The notes: generated from the letters alone by a model not told the origin. 64,000 nucleotides of DNA from Octopus vulgaris (GCA_951406725.2 OX597830.1:39866001-39930000), one strand, 5' to 3'. Counted from the stretch's first letter, positions 41,953 to 54,491 are shown. Numbers and translations: made by a program.

Positions 41953-42272
41953 AAAGCAACGAGCTGGCAAAATCGTTAACACGCCGGGTAAAATGCTTAG
42001 TGGTATTTCGCCTGCTTTACTTTCTGAGTTCAAATCCCACCAAGGTCGATTTTGCCGTCCAACCTTTTGGAGTTGATAAAATAAGTACCAGTTGAGTACT
42101 GGTGTCGATGAAATCGACAAGCCACCTCCCGCAAAATTTGAGGTGACATGTAATTTATCGACCCCGAAAGAATGAAAGGTAAAGTCGACCTCGGTTGAAT
42201 TTAAAACGTCTCAGTGCATAAAGACGGACGAAATGCTAAGCATTTTGCCCGGAGGGGTAACGATTGCCGCCT
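41953..42272. mobile_element. Inverted pair of SINE family B copies (41953-42140 +, 42150-42272 -) in P450 intron 2
   Basis: gagctggcaaaatcgttaac...gagttcaaatccc versus tttatcgaccccgaaagaatgaaagg...gccgcctt. Confidence 0.8.
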
Positions 42273-44384
42273 TAATAGCAATAATAATAATAATAAACCT
42301 TTCTTCACTGACCGCAAGATTCCTCTCATACGTTACAAAACGTGAGATGATGTATAAATATATCTGTGTGGTGGGGGGGGGGCATATTTATATTTATCTA
42401 CACATACGCACGTACTCTCTCTCACACACACACACACATTAAACAGCACGTGGGCAAATGCGTTATATAAGTCGACTGTTTACGCCAAAACGAATTCAAA
42501 TACAAAAATTCCACCCAACAGCACCGGGTGAAAAAGCCACAACATAGGAAGGACCAGAGTCTCCATCTTTCGGTCTTGTCAATTTCTATGAAGATTTTTC
42601 AAAACTTCCCTCGAGTCGTGAAGAGCTCTGTATTCTCTCGGGACTTCAGCGCTCGGCAATAAAATGATCGATGACATGCTGTCGGGGTAGCAAAACACAA
42701 CAGGAGGACTCTGGAGTAAATTATATTTCTCCTTGAATCTCATCCCCAATCAGAGCAAGACTTGACTCAGTTTCTTTTAGAGTCAACATGGGCTCTAATA
42801 AGCTTGTATATTCCTTTAAGATAACCGTGAAATTCAAGCAATTCAGTGTGTATAGTTGCTTCTTAGGGGAAGATTGCTCCACCCTTTGCTTTTTTCTGGC
42901 ATCTTTTTGGCCTTTTCTTTCTTTTCTTAATTCTTCCCCACTATTCTCCAGCTTTTATTTCCTCCTGTTAATGTATGGGGATGATATTGCTTCGAGTAGC
43001 TTCTGTTCGGTTCTTTCTTCAGGGAACAGTATTTCCAGTTCCCTGGTACAAGAGCCACTAAAAATAGGTCTATTATGCTGCATAACCTTCTGATTACTTC
43101 CGAAATTGAAACCGGTAGTGTTTTCAAAACAGTGGCTGTAGCAACCATAGCATTTACTCCAGGGTCCTCCTGTTGTGTTTTGCTACCCCGACTATTGTCC
43201 ACCGTCTGTACATTTTAACTGCTTTCTTCGTCCACTCAATAGAGTACAGCTTCAAAGTAACCCTGTATCTTTCGGAGTCGTTCATTAAGAGCTATATAGT
43301 CATACAAACTCTCTCCTTCGAATATTGTGGGTCGACTCATTGTTAACCACACCCCTGTAATGTTGCTCAAAAAAGACGACCAACCAAGGCTCAGTTCCAA
43401 TATCTCTAGTCTGATTCGAGTTTTTCTGATATCTATGTGCAGTGGCACTGGCCTGTTGGTCTGTTGGCCTGTAGACCTGTTGACAGGGGATGTGTAGGAC
43501 CAACTCTACTTGTCTCTTCACTTCGTTATTGAATTTAACCAGACACCCTCTTTCATATCTTCTTCCTTGTCGTGGAGCATACGTTCTGCAACATATCAGC
43601 CAGTGTTTTCCCCAACCCTCTCTACCAAGACAAACAGAATGCCGCTCTCCTCTTAAAAAAACAAGCGAAAAACAGAAAGCAATATGCCACCTTTCTTCTC
43701 ACCCTTTCCCAGATAAATTCGTCAAACAAGAAGGCTCTGTCTTTTTTGACATATAAATTATCCAATCTTTCTCCTTTTCCTTGATCTGATTCAAACCAAG
43801 TCACTTGTTTTGCCCTACAAACTTAGTAAATGATGAAATGTTTTTGTTGTTGCTGTTGTTGTTGGTGTTGTCCGTACTTTTATCTCTATACAGAACTCTT
43901 TGAAACGTAACCGCTCATAGCGAGCAACAGTGACAACAATAATAATATTACTAAAAGTTCTGATTGCTTACCTTGACATAAGGTCATAAATTGTGATGGG
44001 TTGGGGGGTGTAGCTGGCTGAACAGATAACAGCTTTTCAAATATGACACTACCATATTTCTACGTGCATACAATTCATTAAAAAGTTAAAGCAACAGCTT
44101 AATACTTCCCTAAGCAACAATGACTCCTGATTTCGAAAAGTGATAAGCAACTAAAAGTACAAATCGCCTCACTAAATAACACGAGGAAGCTTTTATGTGG
44201 GTGGCCGTCCTATTTGTTAGAAGTAACAACAAAATCTCGCTCCAATCCCATCTCAAAGTCATAGAAAAGAACACTTCATATATTATATAACGTAGTCCTA
44301 GGTACGATTTGCTAGATATAACAGTCAAACTTCACTCAAATCACACTTCCACTGTCTTTGAGAAACAATCCGTATACATTTTAT

Positions 44385-44625
44385 CAGTGTTTCTCAACCA
44401 TTTTGTTTTACCCTTTGGCTCCTGTTTTACTCGGATTGACCCTCCCAACCATTTGATATGCAAAAATTTCCTAACATTTTTATATCTAAATATTATTAGG
44501 AATTGTATAAAAAATTGTTATAAATATTTTGTGTATTGTAGAAATATAACCACTTTATAAATTTTAACAACAAAATCTTATACGGCCCCACCAATGGTCA
44601 TATGGACCCCGGTTGAGAAACACTG
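44385..44625. mobile_element. hAT (Charlie-type) MITE, 241 bp
   Basis: Perfect 15-bp TIRs cagtgtttctcaacc / ggttgagaaacactg; 8-bp TSD cattttat / cattagat (6 of 8). Confidence 0.85.
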
Positions 44626-46074
44626 CATTAGATAATACAGATTTCAATAGCCCCTAACAATTACCACCAACGTTACCATCATTATTAAAGTTAAACATCA
44701 TTAAAGTTAAACAACAGCACAACTGTCATACGAGTTAGAAAAGAGCAGACAAATTTTCTCACATATCAAACCATACGATCTTAAAATGGAAAGTTATATT
44801 GAATTATGTAGTTTTGAAAATAAATGCAATGGTCACAGTTGAAAATAATTTAATTATAAGTTTGCTGGACCAGGACAGGGTCGATAATAAAAGGCAAGTA
44901 GAACAATACTCAAAAAATAGCACAGAAATAGCGGTATCGATTCCTGATTTGATAATTCGAAGGAAGCGGTTCAAAAAGCAACTGCTGCAGAATATGATAT
45001 AAGTTCACGATACATAGGACAATGAGTTAACACTTTATTCTTGTAATGTAGTTTGACGATACGTCGCCATGAGCGAGCAACCATTGCACATGTTTCGTTA
45101 TTTTAGGGGCAGAATGTTTGATTTTATACGGATTAGTTCACCAAGGTATCGGAAATAGATGCTGGATCATTTTAGGGGAAGATGTTGCATGTTCAGTAGA
45201 ACGGCTTTAAAAACTGCAAAGGAATTTCAATGAATACACGTACGGATCGATGACTTCTCATACTCCAAGAACTGATTTGAAACCTTAGAAACGTTCACAA
45301 GCAATCACACACAAACATAAACACACACTCACAAACACACACACAAACATAAACACATACAAACACACACATACACACACACATATTGCCTAATAGACTA
45401 CTTTTATCATATTTCAAGTCATTCCTCTTTTAAATGGAAGTATCCTAAATTTGACTGCACTCGGTTTAAAACACAGTCATCTATTGATAACCCTTTAATC
45501 CTAAAAGAAGGCAGGAGTTAAAAATAAAGAGGATTTGGTTTGTGTCGTTGAGGTGAGATAGAAGGAGGCAACCAAGAATTAGGGGACTGATCTAGGTGTT
45601 TCCAAATAGTTCAACGTGGCCGTTGCATATAAAAGCGATAAAACAGCCAGAACGTTGGATTTATGGATCATCGGGTAGAAGTAGATGGTAGAAGTAAGTA
45701 AGCATATAATGTATGAATGAATATTCTTTTCGCTTTATTTTAAACAATGCTTTTCACAAAATTTTGTTCTTTCTTTTCTGACGAAAGACTACTGTCCGAA
45801 AAGTTTATAATGTCCTCTGTTTCTTCCTTCAATGTGAAATTATTTGTACTATTTTTCTGGAGGTTTTTTTTTATATTTCATTTCCTTATTTTAACACAAA
45901 CTTCCAGATTACTATTAAAGTGAACTTAGTTTTTTATATACAACCTTTAATTTTGTACCTCTCAAAGTACAGTCTTTGTACCGAGGCAAAGAGTGCCAGG
46001 ATGTAATGTTAAGTTCTTAGTGAACTGGATCCGAGCGTTTGCTTTGGTTTTCAGTCACTGCAGTTTCACACATG

Positions 46075-46366
46075 CAATGGCAGACTGTCCAGGTTGCCAG
46101 CTTGCCTGATGGCAAATGGGTCCCTGCGCCATTTGAACCCATATATGGGGGCCCATGTTAGTATCTAAGGGGCCCATCCCCTCAAGTTTGAGAATTTTTT
46201 ATTCACTCCTGGAAGAGTGCATTAATTATTTCAGCCTGGCTGTGTTTGTAGACAGTTGAAAAGAATACTTTTAGCAAAAAAAAAAAAATTAATCATAACA
46301 TTGTAGTTGCGGGTGGGCCCCCTTGGTCTCCTGGCAACCAATATTTTTAGACCCAGTCCGCCACTG
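46075..46366. mobile_element. Probable hAT-type MITE with GGGCCC subterminal motifs
   Basis: Imperfect TIRs caatggcagactg / cagtccgccactg; several ggg(g)ccc motifs inside; TSD degenerate. Confidence 0.55.
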
Positions 46367-46690
46367 CATGCATATAATGCCTTTGTGACATGCATTTTAT
46401 ATGTTACCAATTCTTGTGTTTTGATATTTTTTTTATTTCTATTTGAAATTGCTAAGGCAAATTTTTGCATCATAACTTATTTTCTTACTTAAATTTGAGT
46501 AAAATTCTTCCTTTCTTTAGTTATTTCATATGATCTTCATCCGTTTTCTTTCTACCATACTTCATCACTATCTTTCTTTTTGGTCTCTTTCTTCCCATGT
46601 CTTTAGTTTTTTCTGATCTCTCTCTCCCTCCCTCTCTCTCTCTCTCCCTCTATATATATCTCTCTCTCCGTCTGTCTCTCTCTCTTTCTC

Positions 46691-46738
<48 letters not shown>

Positions 46739-46801
46739 ACAGACATTTCCTTTGATATTTGAACAAAATCTATATTCCATGTATCTTTTCTTTGATTGAA
46801 G

Positions 46802-46992
46802 GGAAGGAAAATATTGGAAACATACGCGAAGTGCTGTTCAGAAGAAACTCTTTCGATTAGAATATACACATAGCTTATTCAAAGAGCACCAGATTCTGGC
46901 AGACGAATTATTACAGCTACTCGATTCCAGAAAGGACGACGAAGGTGTGGTCACAGATCTGAACAAAATTCTGGAGCGATATACATTAGAAG
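46802..46992 (+). CDS. P450 coding exon 3 (EGKYWKHTRSAVQKKLFR...DLNKILERYTLE)
   Basis: Not in the ORF track; translated by hand. Acceptor ttgaAG, donor g|GTAAAT; contains the C-helix WxxxR motif; phases fit both neighbours. Confidence 0.92.
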
Positions 46993-47324
46993 GTAAATGC
47001 CTAAACTTTACGATAACGTCTCACAATTTTCCCGTTGTTTTCATTTATGCTTTCCGTTCGCAAACTGCTTCGCACAGATTTACACTTTTACTAGTTTGAA
47101 TCACTGAACTAGATACTCAGCTGACGTGACTTAGCGCAGTTTTTTAGTCTTAAGAAGACACTAATTGCGACTGATTTCTCAGATTTTGAGATTTGATGTT
47201 GAATGCTTGATAAACGCCCTGAAACTCACTTTGAACGAAAATGTTCAATTCTGCATATGTTATTTCTATAGAAAAAATGATTTTAACCAGTCTTGATCAG
47301 TAGTCATGAGACGCATATTCTTAT

Positions 47325-48040
47325 GAAGGCACGTGACTCAGTGGGTAGTATATTCGACTCACGATCGTAAGATCGTGCGTTCGATTCCCTGCAGTTGTGT
47401 CCTTGAACAAGATGCTTTATTCCACGTTGATCCAGTTCATTCAAGCTGACAAAAAATGAGTTGTATCTGTAATTCAAAAGGCCAGCTTTGTCACACTGTG
47501 TCACGCTGAATCTCCGAGAGAACGAGGTTAAGGGTACGCGTGTCTGCGGAGTTCTCAGCCACTTGCACGTTAATTCTATGAACTGGCAGAATCGTTAGCA
47601 CCCCGAGCAAAATGCTTAGCAGCATGCTTTACCTTCTGAGTTCAAATTTCGCCGAGGTCAACTTTGCCTTTCATCCTCTCGGGGTCGACAAATTAAGTAC
47701 AAGTGAAACACTGGGATCGATGTAATCGACTCATCCCCTCCCCCAAAATGGCTGCCCTTGTAGTAACATTTGAAACCATTAGCATTATTGTTGTTGTTGT
47801 TATCATCATCATCATCATTAATAAGGTGGCGAGCTGGCAGAATCGTTAGCACGCTGGGCGAAATGCTTAGCAGTATTTCGCCTGTCGCTACGTTCTGAAT
47901 TCAAATTCCCCGGAGGTCAATTTCCCTTTCATCCTTTCGGGATCGATAAATTAAGTACCACTTGGATCCTGAAATCGATGTAATCGACTAGTTCCCTCCC
48001 ACCAAAATTTCAGGCCTCGTACCTTTACAAGAAAAAAAAA
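47325..48040 (+). mobile_element. SINE pile-up in P450 intron 3: family C (47325-47580) followed by two family B copies (47581-47780, 47823-48040)
   Basis: Family-diagnostic heads and bodies as in other copies. Confidence 0.85.
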
Positions 48041-48073
48041 TTATTATTTGTTATTATTATTATGATTATTATT

Positions 48074-48124
<51 letters not shown>

Positions 48125-48127
48125 GTG

Positions 48128-48165
<38 letters not shown>

Positions 48166-48185
48166 CACTATCATTATTATTCAAG

Positions 48186-48387
48186 GTATAGCTACAACAT
48201 GCTTTAAAGAAAGATTAGACGAGGACTGGACGGATATGAACGAAAATCAGATGGGCATCCAATATCTTCAGATATTAAAAAAATCTAACCTCCAAATCAT
48301 GAAAAGTCTGCTGTCTTTCCCGCTCTATATGTACTTCGAGACACCTCTATTTAAAGAATTTTCAAACCTCACACAACAGCTCGACAG
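48186..48387 (+). CDS. P450 coding exon 4 (GIATTCFKERLDED...FPLYMYFETPLFKEF...QLD)
   Basis: Acceptor attcaAG after an (ATT/ATC)n tract, donor ag|GTAAGT; E/F-helix region with mito-clan-like PLYxYFxTP. Confidence 0.9.
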
Positions 48388-48452
48388 GTAAGTGATTTTA
48401 GCGTTTTACTTTGTTTTACAACATTCACACAAATAAATTTACTCATAATATA

Positions 48453-48735
48453 TAGGCGCGTGATTTAGAGGCTAAGGTCGCGAGTTCGATACTCGGCAGT
48501 ACGTTGTGTCTTTGAGCAATATATTTCATTTTACGTTGCTTCAGTTCACTCAGCTGACAAAAATGAGTTGTACTTGTAATTGACAGGGCCGGCCTTGTCA
48601 TATTGTGCGTCGCACTGAATCTCCCTGAGAAATACGTTAAGAGTGCACGTGTCTCAGCCACTTGCACGTTAATTTCACAAGCAGGATGTTCCGTTGATCG
48701 GAACAACCCATCGTCGTAACCGACGGAGAGCCAGT
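48453..48735 (+). mobile_element. SINE family C in P450 intron 4
   Basis: aggcgcgtgatttag...gagttcgatactc...cagttcactcagctg...cgtcgtaaccgacggagagccagtt. Confidence 0.85.
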
Positions 48736-49931
48736 TCAAACGCACGCACACACGCACACACACATGTACAGAGAAACACACACAAATGTACATACACACG
48801 AACACACATGTACATACAAACACACACGCATACTCGCAGAAATCTCCAACGTTGCCTGATTCGACACACCATTTGGTGTCCTTGGGTGCTTTGTGTGAGA
48901 TTGGATCCATTTCCGTTGCAGGCATTGAAAGCAGGTCTTCAGTTTGACGAGGCCATCCCCCTTACCCCATCCAACGAGTCTCCGTGGTCATGAAAGGGAT
49001 CATGATCACTGCCTTTCCTCTTTAAAAAATGGTAAAGAAACACGAATACATGCATGGCATTGGGCGTTATTTAGACACAAAATGTATCAACTGGTGGGTT
49101 TCAGCAAAATCACTCTCAGAGTACTATATCTTTCAGTGACTATTTGAGAAGTGTTGAATCCCTGAAGTTGTCAAATGTTATAAGTATAGTATATATATAT
49201 ATATATACCTATATATAGTACATGGTCGATGAAGTCCTAGATACACTTATACATAAATAAAACGCCGGATGTTCACAACTGGAATGCCTTTGTTCATGAA
49301 TTCACTCCATCAGGCTGTTTTTGAGTAGACGGCAACAACAACAACTGCAATGATTCTAAGATATGTTTCTTTAATTGGTTCAAGATGGTTAAGTATTAAT
49401 AAAACGTCGTTTTCACGAAAAGAAAGTTTATGAGACAATTTAGGTTATAACTGCATAGTTTGACCCATATACTGGTGAACTAGTTGACCGGAATTTCTCA
49501 AGTATTTCTGACAGAATATGCAACGTACCCTAATATCTCGAGTTACATTAAATGTTTGATTGATTATCTCTACATCATATTTCTATTCAAGCATATCTGT
49601 AAGATATTTTAGACTAATTACTGTTCTGGCTGAGATTTATTCAGTATACTTACGCAGAAATAACTTTCAGTTAAGCCGGCGAGGCAGTCTATGCTAGTAT
49701 TAGATAGACAAATTTCGGTCAAATCATAAGCCAACCATCTTAAAGGAGAAAGTAAATGATATATTAAATGATGGTAGTCCGAGATGACTCAGTAAAGACG
49801 AGAAGGGCACGACTAGAATTACTTTGATAGCAAAGATATTCGATTAGGGTAGACCTGGAAGCAAACACCAGCAATTACACACACACAAACACATATATGC
49901 AAACGCATACACATACTCACACGCACACACA

Positions 49932-50039
<108 letters not shown>

Positions 50040-50180
50040 CGTGGATATAGTCTAAGAAAGACACAATACTGAAGTATTTGTTTTGGGAAGGCATAGATGA
50101 GATTTGAGGGGAATATGGCCGATATTTTTAACAAATCGAGCGACTACGTAACGGTTCACTCTTAGTTGCGTAGAGTAATT

Positions 50181-50688
50181 AGCTGGGAAGGCATTTTTAG
50201 AAAATGGTTTGCTTTGCCAGTTATTACAAGAAAACAAACTGAACAAACAGGAAATAACGACCATCATCAAAGACATCATTGCATCATCAGTTTTCACAGT
50301 AAATATTCCCTTCTAACATTTATTTTATCTCAAATTTATGTATTCATGTGCTTCTTTTATCCCTCACTCCCAAAGAACTAATAGTTATTAACAGGGCTTT
50401 TTTCCCTTTCTCTTTGTTTTTAACATAGATTCATCGAAAATAAAATGTTAGTCGAAGTTGAAAAATTCACAAAACGACGGTGTCCACACCACACAAATAC
50501 GAAAATGGAAGAGGAAAGCGGTTGTCCACATGCAGCTGGGAAGGCATTTTTAGAAAATGGTTTGCTTTGCCAGTTATTACAAGAAAACAAACTGAACAAA
50601 CAGGAAATAACGACCATCATCAAAGACATCATTGCATCATCAGTTTTCACAGTAAATATTCCCTTCTAACATTTATTTTATCTCAAAT
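50181..50688 (+). repeat. Identical 155-bp direct duplication (50181-50335 = 50534-50688) covering the 3' half of P450 exon 5 and its donor site
   Basis: Base-by-base comparison from agctgggaaggc to tatctcaaat shows no mismatch; offset 353 bp. Confidence 0.95.
50429..50651 (+). CDS. P450 coding exon 5 (RFIENKMLVEVEKFTKRRCPHH...GCPHA...IIKDIIASSVFT)
   Basis: Polypyrimidine tract plus catAG acceptor, donor aca|GTAAAT (phase 0, just after the I-helix Thr). Confidence 0.88.
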
Positions 50689-50872
50689 AATGTTTCTTTG
50701 TTTTATTTTTATTTTTTTAATATCCCGATATCAACAAGCTGGTTTTCTTGTGTTTAAGCAAATGACTAAAGAGAGATAGACAGTCACAGATAGTAGACAA
50801 AATGAAGGATGTAGAAACGACGAAGACGGAAGGACAAAGAAGAACAGAGACAGGAGAAGAGACGAAAAGAAA

Positions 50873-50909
<37 letters not shown>

Positions 50910-52189
50910 AATGTGTGATCAAAGACTTGATGTCATAGACCAAGACTTAAAGATAGACACATCAAAATAGGTGTTAGACAAGTATTGTTGTTAGTTACCT
51001 CTCGACTTCGAGAAAGACGATTCTGCAACATCTTGCTAAAAGCAACCTGCACAGATGTTTAGCTTATAGTGATCAAATCTTTGGGCTGTACATAAGCTTA
51101 TGTTCGCCATCAAATCGACCTCGTCCGTACAGACGCAGAGTGTGCTACAAGCCAGCTTCTAGCTCATGTCTCGTGTTTTTCCCCGCCCCATGAATTTGTT
51201 TTTAAACCGGTGATTATTTACTTGACTGGGTATTTTTTATATTCATTTACTGACAACATAGAGAGGGATATCATAAAATTCCCTTCTTAAACAAAAGTTG
51301 TCATGGATATAAATAGGCTATCGATAATGTATCGACGTATAAGAAAAGGATCTTGTTAAATCTCTTCCCACAACTTGAAGTAATCTAAATTTGTACAAGA
51401 TTTTTCTGATGACGAAACTTGTATTCATTTTCTAGAACCTAATTATAACGAAGTTACATCAGTGTAGAACAGTTTAAAATAATCTGGAGAAAATTTGAAA
51501 CACTTAAAATGGTTGCAAGAAATTTAACAAGATCCAAGGAGTAGGTGGATGAAGAACCATTCACCAACCCAGGCGAACAAGTGGCCAAAAAAGGCAATGT
51601 AGAGAGATGTAAGCCACGTCATTCAAACGCCAGATGCTACTGGTCAGTGGACTTACGATTCCACACAGATATGTAAGCAAATAGGAGCTCCGCCGACCCA
51701 TTTATTAGGGAAGAATCAGCTCCAACTTTCTACATAATCTGCGGCTAAACACAAACAAACAACAACAACAGCAATGACAATAATAAATGTCGGTTTAGAT
51801 CCAATCGGTTAAGGTGTTTGACCTCTCTCTATAAATAACAATATTAAAAATCTTAAATGTCAGTGGATATGACAAGTCTGTATAGTGACTTCGCTGTATC
51901 CAACTAAATTTCGTGTCTTTCCGTTAAATGCTGACATATTAATGACCTCTTTGACACGAACCTGACATTGCTGGAATCTTCTGGAATTCATCTAATTAGC
52001 TTCTGTATCTATCTATCTATTTATCTATATGTCTGTCTGTCTGTCAATCCATCCATCCATCTATGTGTGTGTATGTGTGTATGTCTGTGTGTGTACGTGT
52101 ACATATAAAATATATTTATACTATGTGAATGTATGTGTGCGTGTATATATACTTGTATATATACATAAATATATATATATATTTATGAA

Positions 52190-52227
<38 letters not shown>

Positions 52228-52661
52228 ATATTTTGGATTAATGGGTATATGTCGATTATTGTGTTGGAGTTTTCAGTAGAGCACTGACAGATGTGTGTAT
52301 GTGCATGTATATATATATGTATGTATATATGTATGTTTGTATATATGTATATATATATATGTATATGTATATATATATATGTATGTATATATGTATGTTT
52401 GTATATATATATATATACGTGCGTGTGTGTCTCTATGTGCGTGTATATCTGTGTGTTATCATTGTCATAGACTTTATTAAATGAGTTTGCTAACGCTGAC
52501 ACCGTCCCAAATTCGATGACAGCAGCGACAGTTTACCAAATTAACTATTTACCATTTCTCAAAGAGAAGATGATTTACTTAAGACAAAAAATTTTCTGGG
52601 ATGTTGATTACACATGTACCCATCTCTTTTGTTGAGATTAACGTCACAGCCATACATTCAT

Positions 52662-52663
52662 AC

Positions 52664-52694
<31 letters not shown>

Positions 52695-52806
52695 TGTATG
52701 TATGTATGTATGTATGTATGTATGTATGTATGTATGTATGTATGTATGTATGTATGTATGTATGTATGTATGTATGTATGTATGTATGTATGTATGTATG
52801 TATGTA
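52662..52806. repeat. Nearly pure (TATG)n microsatellite in P450 intron 5
   Basis: Directly visible. Confidence 0.97.
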
Positions 52807-53856
52807 TTATGTGCGTGTGCGTGTATGTATGTATGTGTGTATGTGTGTCAGTATATATATATATTTAGATATATATATACAGAAAAATCCAATTTTATGG
52901 AGGCTGTGAGCTAATGTAAAGCCCTAACATTTGATCACAATTTATCCGTGCGGAAACTTCTGTTGTCTCCGACAAGAGATTCCGCAATATTTTTATGTAA
53001 TGTGTGCGTTGTATGTATGTATGTATGTATGTATGTATGTATGTATGTATGTATGTACTGGACTTGTGCCTTTAGTAAACAAGCTATACACGCTGGGACC
53101 TCATTAAATCTAAAATTTAAATTCTGACACCGGTTTACGGGCAAGTAACACATAAAATTATAGACCACGGACAGACATGAATTTAAATTCCAATTTTTTC
53201 TTTCTCTGGATGGAGACGGTTTCTCTTCTTTTTTGTTCTTTATTGTGTTTTTCTTTCCTTTTCTTTTTTGTTTCTATCTGATTCCAAATTCTCGATGATA
53301 AAACTTGAGATGAGGTGCATACTTTTGGTGCTTAAATTGAAATTGACAGACAAATCTACACGCAAAATAATATTTGAATTAAAAACAAAACAACTGAAAA
53401 TTTGAATGAAATTAATACAAAAGCACAACACGCAATCATAGTCGAATGCTTAAGAAATTCGTTTCGCAGGTTTGCGGTCCCAGGCGTTGCGCCTGGATAT
53501 TGTATCTTTGGCAAGGGATATCTAGTATAGCGTCGGGTCAACATATATCTTGCAAATGATATTGCGTTGACGGAAACTGTGCAGAGGAAGTCTGCTTGAA
53601 TGGAAGTAGTTACAATTCATGAAACCATCTTTGTCACGAACCGCGTCACACGGAAACGTTTATTAAAGGTACAAGTGTCTGTTGAATGCTGGGCCCCAGC
53701 GCTATGATTCAATGAGTATCTTGTATTCCCGATCAAAACTCTTCGTCGTAACCGACATCGGTTCTCTTTGCATTCTTTCATTTCCATGCATGAGCTAAAA
53801 TGTGTTGTATTTTCTGCTACTGACCATTTTTTTTGTTTCTTTTTTTTGTTTTCCAG

Positions 53857-54029
53857 TTAAGAAGTTTGTTGTCGTTTGTCTTATACGCGTTAACACAACA
53901 TCCAGAAGCACAAGAATCGTTACGAGAAGAAATTCGCAGAGTTACGCTTAACGAACATAATAACGACATAACGCAAGCCACGTTCGCAAAGATGCCATAT
54001 TTAAAAGCATTTGTGAAAGAAACATTAAG
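53857..54029 (+). CDS. P450 coding exon 6 (LRSLLSFVLYALTQHPEAQESLREEI...MPYLKAFVKETLR)
   Basis: Acceptor ttttccAG, donor ag|GTTTGT; J-helix HPExQ and K-helix ExxR. Confidence 0.95.
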
Positions 54030-54115
54030 GTTTGTATTTGAAAGATCTTTTACAAACGTTTAACAATTCAACAAAAATATATCAGCATGTCCCTACCTAT
54101 CACTACTATCTCCCT

Positions 54116-54147
<32 letters not shown>

Positions 54148-54155
<8 letters not shown>

Positions 54156-54491
54156 TTGTTTCAGTCATTTGACTGCGGCCATGCTGGAGCACCGCCTTTA
54201 GTCGAGCAAATCGACCCCGGGACTTATTCTTTGTAATCTCAGTACTTATTCTATCGGTCTCTTTTGCCGAACCGCTAAGTGACGGGGACGTAAACACACC
54301 AGCATCGGTTGTCAAGCAATGCTAGGGAGACAAACACAGACACACAAACACATACACACACATACATATATATATATACATATATACGACAGGCTTCTTT
54401 CAGTTTCCGTCTACCAAATCCACTCACAAGGCATTGGTCGGCCCGGGGCTATAGCAGAAGACACTTGCCCAAGATGCCACGCAGTGGGACT
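54148..54491 (-). mobile_element. SINE family A (extreme 5' end missing) in P450 intron 6
   Basis: Near-identical to 38625-39020 up to gcagtgggact. Confidence 0.9.

Noticed and set aside
50181-50335. A second paralogous P450 or an in-frame mutually exclusive exon 5
   Set aside because: Only a partial exon is duplicated and its available acceptor is out of phase with exon 4; no other duplicated exons were found.
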